Shown piece by piece: positions 1 through 8,613 of a stretch of DNA of 64,000 nucleotides. The number at the start of each line of letters is the position of its first letter. Within the stretch, counting starts at the first letter, position 1. Under the pieces are notes generated by a model that was given only the letters and a program-made list of their open reading frames with translations, made no database searches and was not told where the DNA came from. Origin of the DNA: Nitrososphaerota archaeon (GTDB lineage Archaea; Thermoproteota; Nitrososphaeria_A; Caldarchaeales; Caldarchaeaceae); NCBI GenBank assembly GCA_041641305.1, contig JBEPYN010000001.1:704001-768000 (forward strand), written 5' to 3'. A program made the position numbers and the translations under genes.

Positions 1-249
1 GAGGGGCTGCGGATTCGGCGCGTCTATCTCTCTTTTTGTGGGTATGTCTATTGTGACCTGTCCAAACTTGACGACAACTGTCCCGTGTTTGGTTTTGATT
101 TCGTAGTCGCTCATCGAGTTGACGAGCTGCTGAAGCCCTGTCTTGACGAAGTAGTTGTAGGACCTGAGATGATGCTGCACAAGCCCTTCGTCTTCGAGGT
201 TTGACCGGAATACATCCCAGAGCTCATCCTTGTTTAGCTGCGTCGCCAC
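1..249 (-). CDS. rpoB: DNA-directed RNA polymerase subunit B, N-terminal part (runs off window)
   Basis: Manual translation from GTG at 249: MATQLNKDELWDVFRSNLEDEGLVQHHLRSYNYFVKTGLQQ... matches the RpoB N-terminal motif; directly downstream of rpoH; SD GGTG 7 nt upstream. Confidence 0.9.
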   Translation of the reverse strand, partial: MATQLNKDELWDVFRSNLEDEGLVQHHLRSYNYFVKTGLQQLVNSMSDYEIKTKHGTVVVKFGQVTIDIPTKREIDAPNPQPL

Positions 250-251
250 AT

Positions 252-518
252 CTATTCACCCCACACAACTCGGTAGTAGACAGCTTCTCCAGCGGTCTCG
301 GAGCGGCGGGTGATTTTTATGATGTCTCCGGTCTTCGCCTTAAGTCTCTTCACCATAGGGTCCGATGGATGAATGTAGGGGAGCTTATCACGTGATACGC
401 CAAGCTGCTGTAACAGTTTCTCCGCCTCGTCATGGGGCAGAACCTCGTGCCTAGGCACGAGCACGTGTTCAGTTATGTCGAAAACCTCTTTTTCAGCCGT
501 TTTCTCCTTCTTGACCAT
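252..518 (-). CDS. rpoH: RNA polymerase subunit H (Rpo5)
   Basis: HVLVPRHEVL...LPYIHPSDP...GDIIKITRRSETAGEAVYYRVV; ATG at 518 follows a GGGTG SD. Confidence 0.97.
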   Translation of the reverse strand: MVKKEKTAEKEVFDITEHVLVPRHEVLPHDEAEKLLQQLGVSRDKLPYIHPSDPMVKRLKAKTGDIIKITRRSETAGEAVYYRVVWGE

Positions 519-650
519 GTCAGACACCCAAAACTTCTAAGCTGAATACAGCTCCGAACCGCTCACTAATAAGGGTTCATGGAAAAACAGTTCCTCGGCC
601 CGAAAAAGCCGCAGACAACATTTATATTTTAACCAGCCGCAGCACAACCC

Positions 651-750
651 GGGCCCATAGCTCAGTCAGGTAGAGAGAACCATGTAAAACGGTTCCTATA
701 GCGGCCGGCTCTTAACCGGCAGGTCGCGGGATCAAAGCCCGCTGGGCCCG
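651..750 (+). tRNA. tRNA-Lys(CTT) with a 26-nt intron (676-701) at position 24/25
   Basis: Acceptor GGGCCCA/TGGGCCC; anticodon arm GCCGG-CT CTT AA-CCGGC; removing 676-701 restores the D-stem GAGC; BHB-like motif at the junctions; TATA (TTTATA) at about 621-626; no encoded CCA. Confidence 0.93.
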
Positions 751-1487
751 CTTTTCACCGCGTGAATTATTTCTGCGAGTTTTTCCCGGTTTTTCTCCGC
801 GGCTGTTCCCGTCACTATGATGTCGGCCCCAGCGGCTGCGACTGTTTGCGCGTCTTTTCCCGTTTTTATTCCTCCTCCCACTATGACGGGGATTTCGACG
901 GCTTGTTTGACGGCTTTGATTGTCTGTGGAGGGATGTGTGCAGCAGCGCCTGAGCCTGCCTCGAGGTAGAGATACCTCATGCCAAGATACTGTGCAGCGA
1001 GGCCATAGCAGACAGCAATCTCAACATTATGCGGCGAGAGGGGGAGAACTCTCCCCATCGCAGCCACTGTGCTCTCGTGCCCGAAGACAACATAGCCCAT
1101 CGGCAAAGCCTCGAGGTTGAAATGCTTAACCGTCAAAGCACCCTGCAGCTGAGCACCGACGATGTAGTACCAGTCGACGCTGTTGAGGAGGCTCATGAAC
1201 CATATTGCGTCGGCGAAACGTGAGATTGACTGGACGTTGTTCGGGAAGATTATGACGGGTAGCCTTGTCTTTGCTTTGATGGCTTTGATGTAGTTGTCCA
1301 GCTGCTCCTGTGTGTGGACCGTGGAGCCTCCGACCATGATTGCGTCGGAGCCCATTTCCTCGACATGCTTAGCCAGCATCGCTGCGTCATCCTGAGAGAC
1401 GCTGATCGGGTCTATCAGGGTCATGTGTAGCTTTTCCCCAGCCCCAAGCTTTGCGTGGATGTAGCTATCAACCCTGCCCAGCTTCAA
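732..1487 (-). CDS. Geranylgeranylglyceryl phosphate synthase
   Basis: HMTLIDP, AIMVGGST, YLYLEAGSGA, VGGGI motifs of the GGGPS/PcrB family. Confidence 0.93.
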   Translation of the reverse strand: MKLGRVDSYIHAKLGAGEKLHMTLIDPISVSQDDAAMLAKHVEEMGSDAIMVGGSTVHTQEQLDNYIKAIKAKTRLPVIIFPNNVQSISRFADAIWFMSLLNSVDWYYIVGAQLQGALTVKHFNLEALPMGYVVFGHESTVAAMGRVLPLSPHNVEIAVCYGLAAQYLGMRYLYLEAGSGAAAHIPPQTIKAVKQAVEIPVIVGGGIKTGKDAQTVAAAGADIIVTGTAAEKNREKLAEIIHAVKSGPSGL

Positions 1488-1725
1488 CAGGTTTTTCGCC
1501 CCGGGTCACCATATCATACCATTTCGTGTAAGCATCCACCTCGCTGTAGGCTGGGTACCACGGTATCTCGGCGGACGCGTTGCAGCTGCCGCATGTCACC
1601 GTCGCCGTCTCGCTGTTTTTCTCATGCGCAACCCTCACCGCCGTTGCTCCGCATAGTGGGCAGCTGAATACTTTTGGGAATGGCCGAGGTGTCCGCTTGA
1701 TAATCTTCCGCCTTTTTCTGCCCAT
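1468..1725 (-). CDS. elf1: Transcription elongation factor Elf1 (zinc ribbon)
   Basis: MGRKRRK basic N-terminus; FSCPLCG...CGSCN; EVDAYTKWYD. Confidence 0.92.
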   Translation of the reverse strand: MGRKRRKIIKRTPRPFPKVFSCPLCGATAVRVAHEKNSETATVTCGSCNASAEIPWYPAYSEVDAYTKWYDMVTRGEKPVEAGQG

Positions 1726-1787
1726 GAGTAAAATTTAGATATGCGATGGATTTAAACCCGATTGGGATGCCTCGGCAGGCAGCGGCC

Positions 1788-2402
1788 ATGCATAAAGGGT
1801 TTCTGCTGGCTGTGTTGAGCCATGACCATAGATTTGTGAGGAAAATTGTTGACGAGGCACGTGGAAGAAGGCTTGAGGTGGTGCATGTCACCAGCCGAGG
1901 AGAAATACCGTTGGCGGCGAAGGCGATCGTCGTGAAAAAAGGAGAGTTTCCAGACATGGTCGTGGACAAGGCTTTTGAGGCCGAGCCAGACCAGTCACCG
2001 GCCTCTGTGGTTGACAAAGCCATCGAGAAAGGGTTCATGTTGGATAAAGTCGCGAAAGCACTTGTCGCAGTTGACCCGGGTAAGAAAATGGGACTGGCAT
2101 ACTTTGCCGACAACGTGTTGCTGCGGACAGAGACGCTGTATGACCAGGAGGTTCTCGCCGAGCATGTGGCGGACTTTTTCCGAAACCATCCAGAATCCAC
2201 ACATCATGTAGTGGTTGGGGCCGGTGCACCTGCTTATAGAGAGCAGTTGATAGAAATGCTTCTACGTAAGATGCCTGACCTTTCTGCGGAGAACATCTTC
2301 ACCGTCCCCGAGAAAAACTCTACGCGTCTCGCCCGAGGAAGAGATGAGCTGGCTGCGGCGGTTATCCACCGGATTTGGAGCAGAGGCGGCAAGAGGAGCT
2401 AA
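1788..2402 (+). CDS. YqgF/RuvX-like RNase H-fold nuclease with an N-terminal extension
   Basis: VAVDPGKKMGLA, VVVG, VPEKNST, DELAAAVI resemble the YqgF motif set; ATG 1788 lies about 30 nt after TTTAAA (ORF track start 1746). Confidence 0.65.
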   Translation: MHKGFLLAVLSHDHRFVRKIVDEARGRRLEVVHVTSRGEIPLAAKAIVVKKGEFPDMVVDKAFEAEPDQSPASVVDKAIEKGFMLDKVAKALVAVDPGKKMGLAYFADNVLLRTETLYDQEVLAEHVADFFRNHPESTHHVVVGAGAPAYREQLIEMLLRKMPDLSAENIFTVPEKNSTRLARGRDELAAAVIHRIWSRGGKRS

Positions 2403-3526
2403 GTTTGGACATCCCCGCTGGAAAAACGCTTCTGATAGATGGGCCCGCATCTGTTAAGCTTATCGAGGGAAAAGCCTCCATCTACGGCTGCCTCCTGAAA
2501 ACCCGGCGATACTATGTGATGAGGCCTTGGAAACGTTACCCGCTCTACGCCGAGGAAGATGTAAAAATCGAGCTAAACCTCGGCACAGACGCTGAAGCAA
2601 CTCTCGTAAACACAGGCGATGAACATGTGGCGTGGCGCGAAATAGTGGAGAGCCTCGTGGACAAAACCGCGTTGGCTGTCTGCGGAGGTGTCGACACAGG
2701 CAAAACATCTTTCGCAACTTTTGCAGCCAACCACTTGGTGCAAAGGTTTGGACGATGTGTCGTGGTTAGTCTTGACCCCGGGCAGACAAGCTTCACCCCA
2801 CCATGTGTGGTCGGATGCGCCGAGATGCGTGAACCCGTCCACGACTTTGCAGGCCTGACACCTTTTCTCCAGAGACCTGTCGGCTCTCCCTCAGCAGCCC
2901 TATGCTCGGCCGAGATAGCTGAAGCGACGCGTGAAATTGCACAAGCGCTCGCCGACGGGATTTTCGTGGTGGATGTGGACGGCTGGGTGGATGGACCTGC
3001 AGCGGTTGCACACAAGCTGGCTGTGGTGAAGGAGCTGAACTGCAGCCACGTGGTTGTGATGGGTGAGAACAAACCCCTCGCCGAAGCCTTTTCACAAGCA
3101 GGCATGAAAGTGTTCACAGCACCTGTGTCAACCTACGTCAAGCAACGCGAAACAGTAACACGTCGTAAAACACGAGAATGGCTATACAGAAAACATCTCG
3201 GAAAACCGAGGACACGGCTCATACCTTATTCATGGATAAAGCTCTTCACGGTCTGTGGACAAACCCCGCCCGAAGAACTGGTGAAACAGGCCGATGAAGC
3301 ACTCGCGCAGACAACACAGGAAAACAGCATAAGAAAGAGGATGGGGTTGATAGCTTTTCTCTACGACGGAGCAGGACGCTACAAGGGCATGGGTGTCTTG
3401 ACGGGCTTCAACGACGAGAAACGCGCATACATGGTTTTGACAAGTGTCGAAGACGAGGTTCGGCAAATCGGCCTCGGCCGCGTGGTTCTCACAGAAGATG
3501 GAGACGAGATTCTCCAATTAGATTAG
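2375..3526 (+). CDS. Clp1/Grc3-family polynucleotide 5'-hydroxyl kinase
   Basis: Walker A GGVDTGKTS, LDPGQ, VVDVDGWV, RRKTRE lid. Confidence 0.85.
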   Translation: MEQRRQEELSLDIPAGKTLLIDGPASVKLIEGKASIYGCLLKTRRYYVMRPWKRYPLYAEEDVKIELNLGTDAEATLVNTGDEHVAWREIVESLVDKTALAVCGGVDTGKTSFATFAANHLVQRFGRCVVVSLDPGQTSFTPPCVVGCAEMREPVHDFAGLTPFLQRPVGSPSAALCSAEIAEATREIAQALADGIFVVDVDGWVDGPAAVAHKLAVVKELNCSHVVVMGENKPLAEAFSQAGMKVFTAPVSTYVKQRETVTRRKTREWLYRKHLGKPRTRLIPYSWIKLFTVCGQTPPEELVKQADEALAQTTQENSIRKRMGLIAFLYDGAGRYKGMGVLTGFNDEKRAYMVLTSVEDEVRQIGLGRVVLTEDGDEILQLD

Positions 3527-4081
3527 CTTCATAAGCCTAACCACTTTCTTCTGCGCCAAAGCCACAGCATTCGCGTGATAGATTGTGGCGAGGTCTCCTT
3601 CCTTGAAGGGCCCGTAGCTAACAAGGTCTTCTCCGACAAACTTGGGGAAATCCCTGAGAAACACCACCACCTCCAGCTTCTCATCCTCCTCGGCGTAGAG
3701 GGTCCTGGGGTTGTGTACACCGTTTCGAACCTTGGCCTCGTGAAACGACAACGCACGCATTATGTGCTCCATCGTCTTCTTCTCAAACGGCAAAAGATTT
3801 TCCAGCTGCTCCTGCCTCATAGCAGCCTCCGATATTTTCCTGAAGCGAATGCTCAAAACAGATTCAAGAAGCTTGCCCAACATCTGGAGCTCCGCAGACT
3901 TCAGAGACGCGTTAAGAGAGTCTCTTTCACTTAGCCTGACTTGGCGCCGCAGCATTCCCATATAGTTCGCCAAAGTGTCGAGAAAAATTTCATCTATTTT
4001 CTGTAGACTGGGTTCGCTGCGTTCTCTTCCCCAGAGCTCCAGCAGCTTCTCGTAAACTTCCTCCATCCGGACAAGCTCCAA
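3518..4081 (-). CDS. GINS complex subunit Gins51 (Psf1/Sld5-like)
   Basis: ERSEPSLQKI helical A domain; C-terminal FVGEDLVSYGPFKEGDLATI B domain; near priS. Confidence 0.85.
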   Translation of the reverse strand: MELVRMEEVYEKLLELWGRERSEPSLQKIDEIFLDTLANYMGMLRRQVRLSERDSLNASLKSAELQMLGKLLESVLSIRFRKISEAAMRQEQLENLLPFEKKTMEHIMRALSFHEAKVRNGVHNPRTLYAEEDEKLEVVVFLRDFPKFVGEDLVSYGPFKEGDLATIYHANAVALAQKKVVRLMKLI

Positions 4082-4112
4082 TATGCATCCTTTTAATGGT
4101 TGTGTGGAAAAA

Positions 4113-4571
4113 TCAGCCGTACATGGGTTTTGTTGTTTCCTCCTCTGTTTTTACTGCGCGGAGAATTTGTTGTAAAAGCTCTTCAACGGTTTTCTGCATG
4201 GATGCAAGCGCGCGAGCAGCCTCTGTGATGGTTACAACTCCTTCGAGCTTCCCCTCTTTCGACACGACGGGAAGGCGTCTGAACCCATGTGTCGCCATCA
4301 ACACGACGGCGTCCTCGACAGATGTGTCGGGGGAGACGCCTATGACAGGAAAAGACATAACGTCCTTGACTTTTGTCCGGCTGTGGTCGAGGCCCGTGGC
4401 CAGAACACGTCGAACAGCATCTCTTTCGGTGAAAATTCCCACAAGTTTATCATCGGACTTTACCAAAAGATAACCGACGTCCAGCCTGTCCATCAAAATC
4501 GCAGCCTCACGCACGGATATTCCAGCATCAACCACGTTGCCGACCCGCAGCATAATGTCTCCTACATGCAT
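4113..4571 (-). CDS. CBS-domain pair protein
   Basis: VGIFTERD, VKDVMS, RRLPVV motifs; start moved to ATG (MHVGDIM). Confidence 0.88.
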   Translation of the reverse strand: MHVGDIMLRVGNVVDAGISVREAAILMDRLDVGYLLVKSDDKLVGIFTERDAVRRVLATGLDHSRTKVKDVMSFPVIGVSPDTSVEDAVVLMATHGFRRLPVVSKEGKLEGVVTITEAARALASMQKTVEELLQQILRAVKTEEETTKPMYG

Positions 4572-4648
4572 CTTAGGCACGCCGTCGCCAGCCTCTTCCC
4601 CACGGCTCACGGCTGTAAAGCATCCAACAACCTGATAACCTTTGCCCA

Positions 4649-5869
4649 CTATGCCAAGGTTGCAAGGCCTTTGCATAATAGGTAGACAGCGGCGTAGGCG
4701 GGCAGCTTTTGGGCCTGGTTTTCCCAAGGGCCATAAACGTTGTCCCCGAGCATGAAACTCGGCGTATGAAACACTTTTACAGCGAGAAGGGGCTCCTCGG
4801 GCAGGGCGACGGCGTCACGTAGCGGGTTAAAATCTTCAAGCAGGTCGCGTGAAACAACCATGGCTCTGAGGCCTGTTTTGCCGTTGAGCGTGTCAGCCAA
4901 CCTCAGCAACCTGTGGACATCGGTTGTAACAACTGTGTCGATGTGCGAAGCCGCATCATCCACAGACAGGGCCACAAGCTTCTCCAGCTGCTGGCTCCGC
5001 TTTCCCTGTTTGAGCAGCTCCCACCGCGGCCTCTCCCTCCAAAGAGAAGAGATAGAGCGCAGCTCCTCCACCTGCCTGGGCCCAAGCAAACGGCTCAGCC
5101 TCTCATCGTCCCCAGAAGATGTCTCCAAAACAATACGGCGCACTCCACGGGCTATTCTACCACGCCAGCCAGGGTCGCTGTAATCGGGGGCATGGGAGGC
5201 GGAGGATGCGGGAAGGCCGTGAAATCCGATGCCGATGTGTGAGCCTGTCACATAATCCACAATCTCTTGACGGGCGTCGCGTCCGAGCTCGAGCACCTCC
5301 TCTGCTTCAACCGCCAGATGGTAACCGCGGTTGCCTGAAAAGCTGACTGTAAACGAGCTGAGGCCAAAATCATTCTCCATAAAGTCGATGAGCCTGAGCA
5401 GCTCCTGCTTCGTCTTCCCCAGACAAGTGTCACACACCATCTTCACCTCGGCAACCTCGCCGCCGCAACCCCCGCATCGCTGCGTCTTCTCACCTGTTCT
5501 CCGGCCACATGAGAGACATAGATAGTAGTCGTGACCCTGTTTACAGCTTGTCTCAAGATGGTCGGCGTCTATGTCGAAGATAAGCTCAGCGCCCAGCCAT
5601 CCCTTCTCCTCCATCGGCGCCTGCGGATACTGGTAAAGAGCAGCCGAGCGGTAAACATGTAGAGGAGCCTCGCGGACAAGCATCTTACGCAGGTCATCAA
5701 AATTCCTGAAAGAAAGATGACGCACCATCACACGCTGGCCAAAAGGCATGTAGCCGAACTCACGCCTCTCAAAACTGAAAGGCTGAAAAACGTCAACATA
5801 CCTCCTCTCATAATAAAGCCTGAAAAGCTGTTGAACAAGCTGCGCATCAGTAACCGTTCGGAAACTCAT
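4649..5869 (-). CDS. priS: DNA primase small (catalytic) subunit
   Basis: REFG, ELIFDIDADH, FSGNRGYH, IDTVVTTDVHRLLR; Cys-rich zinc insert. Confidence 0.95.
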   Translation of the reverse strand: MSFRTVTDAQLVQQLFRLYYERRYVDVFQPFSFERREFGYMPFGQRVMVRHLSFRNFDDLRKMLVREAPLHVYRSAALYQYPQAPMEEKGWLGAELIFDIDADHLETSCKQGHDYYLCLSCGRRTGEKTQRCGGCGGEVAEVKMVCDTCLGKTKQELLRLIDFMENDFGLSSFTVSFSGNRGYHLAVEAEEVLELGRDARQEIVDYVTGSHIGIGFHGLPASSASHAPDYSDPGWRGRIARGVRRIVLETSSGDDERLSRLLGPRQVEELRSISSLWRERPRWELLKQGKRSQQLEKLVALSVDDAASHIDTVVTTDVHRLLRLADTLNGKTGLRAMVVSRDLLEDFNPLRDAVALPEEPLLAVKVFHTPSFMLGDNVYGPWENQAQKLPAYAAVYLLCKGLATLA

Positions 5870-5982
5870 TCGCCGCCTCTCAACCTGCTGTAGACAACGT
5901 AGGCCGCGACCAAGACAAACCCCGCAACCACAAGCCAGTAGCTCGATGCGAAGAGAAAGTCGACAAACTGCTCGAGAGACAT
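5866..5982 (-). CDS. Small single-pass membrane protein (38 aa), not in ORF track
   Basis: MSLEQFVDFLFASSYWLVVAGFVLVAAYVVYSRLRGGE*; stop overlaps the priS start (ATGA); TATA-like TTTAATA about 25 nt upstream. Confidence 0.6.
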   Translation of the reverse strand: MSLEQFVDFLFASSYWLVVAGFVLVAAYVVYSRLRGGE

Positions 5983-6090
5983 CCCGCAGCCTTTACGCCA
6001 CAAGATGCTATTAAAGATATGGTGTCACAAGCCGTTTGGGCACCTTTTTCGTTCAGCAGCTGCACGTAAGAGGTGCCCTAAAGCGTCTCA

Positions 6091-6164
6091 TGGGCCGGGG
6101 CGGACTTGAACCGCCGACCTCTGCTTCGTAAGAGCAGCGTCCTACCAGGCTAGACCACCGGCCC
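6091..6164 (-). tRNA. tRNA-Val(TAC)
   Basis: GGGCCGG...CTGCT-CT TAC GA-AGCAG...GGTTCAAGTCC...CCGGCCCA cloverleaf, 74 nt, no intron. Confidence 0.95.
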
Positions 6165-6177
6165 CCCGGGAGGAGGT

Positions 6178-6339
6178 TTAGCGCTTTATCTCCCGCCGTT
6201 TCCACCGCAGGTTGTAGCTTCTGCATTTTCGGCATTTGACGGCTGTTTTGGCGTTTCGGGCGCCGCAGTCTCTGCAGATTTTGATGAGTAGGCGTCGGCT
6301 CTGGGCCAGCTGTAGCAGTGCAGGGTCTCTGATGGGCAT
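6178..6339 (-). CDS. rpl40e: 50S ribosomal protein L40e (53 aa), not in ORF track
   Basis: MPIRDPALLQLAQSRRLLIKICRDCGARNAKTAVKCRKCRSYNLRWKRREIKR. Confidence 0.95.
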   Translation of the reverse strand: MPIRDPALLQLAQSRRLLIKICRDCGARNAKTAVKCRKCRSYNLRWKRREIKR

Positions 6340-6427
6340 GGCGGTGTTTGAATGTTTTCACACCTATTTATAGGCTGTCTCTTGATAACTATTTATTTCA
6401 CATGGTTTCCTTAATTGAGCGCAGAGG

Positions 6428-6721
6428 ATGGTGGATATGGCTGAGAAACAGATTACTCCAACGGTTTTGGTTGGGAAGAAGCCTGCGATGAGCTATGTGC
6501 TGGCGTGTCTGACGGGTTTCCAGAGCGGTGCGAAGGAGATTGTCGTCAAGGCCCGTGGCAGAGCTATTAGCAGAGCCGTCGACGTCGTGCAGATTGTGAA
6601 GAACAGGTTTCTGCAGGGGGTTAACATCAAAGACATACGCATCGGCACCGAGCAGATAACCGATGAGCAGAACCGGACACTCAACGTAAGCACCATAGAG
6701 ATTGTGCTGAGCTCGTCCTGA
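6428..6721 (+). CDS. albA: DNA/RNA-binding protein Alba
   Basis: [33 protein letters not shown]. Confidence 0.96.
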   Translation: MVDMAEKQITPTVLVGKKPAMSYVLACLTGFQSGAKEIVVKARGRAISRAVDVVQIVKNRFLQGVNIKDIRIGTEQITDEQNRTLNVSTIEIVLSSS

Positions 6722-6742
6722 GGGGCAGTCTGATGCCCCACG

Positions 6743-7285
6743 GTGCCTGCGTTGGAGTTTCCGGTATGCGTCTTCGACCTAAAAACCGGTGTCCTATGCA
6801 GCAAGTGTGAGCAGAAAATCCGCCGAGGAGAGCTAACGTCAAACGACCTCGAGATTATGCGTTTTTTTCTCGACCTTGAAAAAAAATATCCCCAGATTTC
6901 TTCTCTGAAATATTTTAGAAGCCTTATGGCTGATGGTTATTTGTTTGTGTTTTTTGAGCGGGGGTTTTCGGGGCTTCCCGCCGATGTGCAAGCGGCTTTG
7001 AGGAATGAGCTTGGTCTCAGGACAGGGTTGCGTGTTAAGCTGATGGATGTTAGCAGGGATTTGAATGTGTTTCTGCAGAACCTTGTTGCGCCGGCGCGTC
7101 TCTTGACGATTAACAAGGTTTGGCTCCCTGACCAGACGACTGAGGTGAAGGCGGTTGTCGATGATGAGAGGGCTGTGGGTGTCCCCGCTAATGTGCTCGC
7201 AGATGTTGTTCACATGATTCTCAACGTGTCTGTTAGTTTTGAGTTTCAGCGGAGGACGAGGGCGCCTCCGCGGTTTGGACGGTGA
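6743..7285 (+). CDS. Archaeal NusA-like (KH) protein
   Basis: PVCVFDLKTGVLCSKCE N-terminal motif, INKVWLPD; typical neighbour of alba and aspS. Confidence 0.7.
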   Translation: MPALEFPVCVFDLKTGVLCSKCEQKIRRGELTSNDLEIMRFFLDLEKKYPQISSLKYFRSLMADGYLFVFFERGFSGLPADVQAALRNELGLRTGLRVKLMDVSRDLNVFLQNLVAPARLLTINKVWLPDQTTEVKAVVDDERAVGVPANVLADVVHMILNVSVSFEFQRRTRAPPRFGR

Positions 7286-8613
7286 CTGGGTTGCTGGATG
7301 AAAGTGTGCGTATGGCTTTGCGTAGCCGTGTCATGGCGAGGGATGTGAAGCCCGAGCTGGATGGCAGAGGTGTCAACCTTTTCGGATGGGTTCATGAGAT
7401 ACGCGATCTTGGAAAGCTTGTCTTCATACTTCTCCGCGACGTGTCGGGAATTTGTCAGGTTGTCTTCAGGATGGAGGAGGTTGAGCAAAGTGTTAGAGAC
7501 GCTGTGAAGGGGTTGACCAACGAGTCCGCTATTTTTGTTGAGGGTGTTGTGGTGAAGCAGCCGCGGTCGAAGCTCGGTGTCGAGGTTGTTGGAAAGAGGC
7601 TGACTGTTTTGGGCCGTGCGGTGCCCAAGCTTGAGCTCGACCCTACCGGGAAGGTTCCAGCGGGACTGGATGCAAGGCTCCGTCACAGGATTCTCGACCT
7701 CAGGAGACCCGAGGTCAGAGCTGTCTTCCTCTTGGGCAGCGAAGTCCTCAAGGCCATGAGGGATTTCTTCCACATGAAAGGCTTTGTGGAGGTGCGGACG
7801 CCGAAGTTAATCGGCTCAGCGACCGAGGGCGGGGCCGAGCTTTTCGAGGTGAAGTATTTTGACAGGGCCGCTTACCTCGCCCAGAGTCCTCAGCTCTACA
7901 AGGAGCAGCTTACAACAGTTTTCGAGAAAGTCTGCGAGATAGGGCCCTATTTCCGGGCGGAAGCCTCGCACACAGGAAGGCACATCAGCGAATTCACCTC
8001 GGTCGACATCGAGCAAGCCTTCGCAGACATGTATGATGTGATGGATGTTCTCGAGGAGCTTGTCGTCCACGTCCATAGACACCTTGTCGAGAACAATCAG
8101 CATCTTTTGCAGATGCTTGGGGTGAACCTGCGTGTTCCGAAAAGGCCTTTCAAACGTTTCACCTACGACGAGGCTTTGGAAATTCTCCGGAGCGAGGGGG
8201 TTGAACTGCGGTGGGGCGAGGACTTCGGCACACCCCACCTACGGATACTCGGCAAAAAATACACCACCTACTACTTCATCACACATTTTCCAACCGAGTC
8301 CAAGCCCTTCTACATACAGGAAACAGAGAAAGACCCGAAGGTTTCCGAGTCATTTGACCTCATGTATCAGTGGCTTGAGCTGGCCTCGGGCGGGACACGT
8401 GTATCGGACCATGATGTGCTTGAGCGGAAGCTTCGGGAGAAGGGGCTTAACCCTGCTATGTTCGAGGATCATTTGAAGGTGTTTAGGTATGGGATGCCTG
8501 TTCACGCTGGATGGGGGCTCGGGTTTGAAAGATTTTTGATGGTGTTGACGCGGCGGACAAACATCCGGGAGACTGTGTTGTTTCCACGTGACAGGTTCAG
8601 GCTTACACCGTAG
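7282..8613 (+). CDS. aspS: Aspartyl-tRNA synthetase (archaeal type)
   Basis: OB fold GWVHEIRDLG; LAQSPQLYK; motif 2 FRAE; motif 3 GLGFER. Confidence 0.97.
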   Translation: MTGLLDESVRMALRSRVMARDVKPELDGRGVNLFGWVHEIRDLGKLVFILLRDVSGICQVVFRMEEVEQSVRDAVKGLTNESAIFVEGVVVKQPRSKLGVEVVGKRLTVLGRAVPKLELDPTGKVPAGLDARLRHRILDLRRPEVRAVFLLGSEVLKAMRDFFHMKGFVEVRTPKLIGSATEGGAELFEVKYFDRAAYLAQSPQLYKEQLTTVFEKVCEIGPYFRAEASHTGRHISEFTSVDIEQAFADMYDVMDVLEELVVHVHRHLVENNQHLLQMLGVNLRVPKRPFKRFTYDEALEILRSEGVELRWGEDFGTPHLRILGKKYTTYYFITHFPTESKPFYIQETEKDPKVSESFDLMYQWLELASGGTRVSDHDVLERKLREKGLNPAMFEDHLKVFRYGMPVHAGWGLGFERFLMVLTRRTNIRETVLFPRDRFRLTP

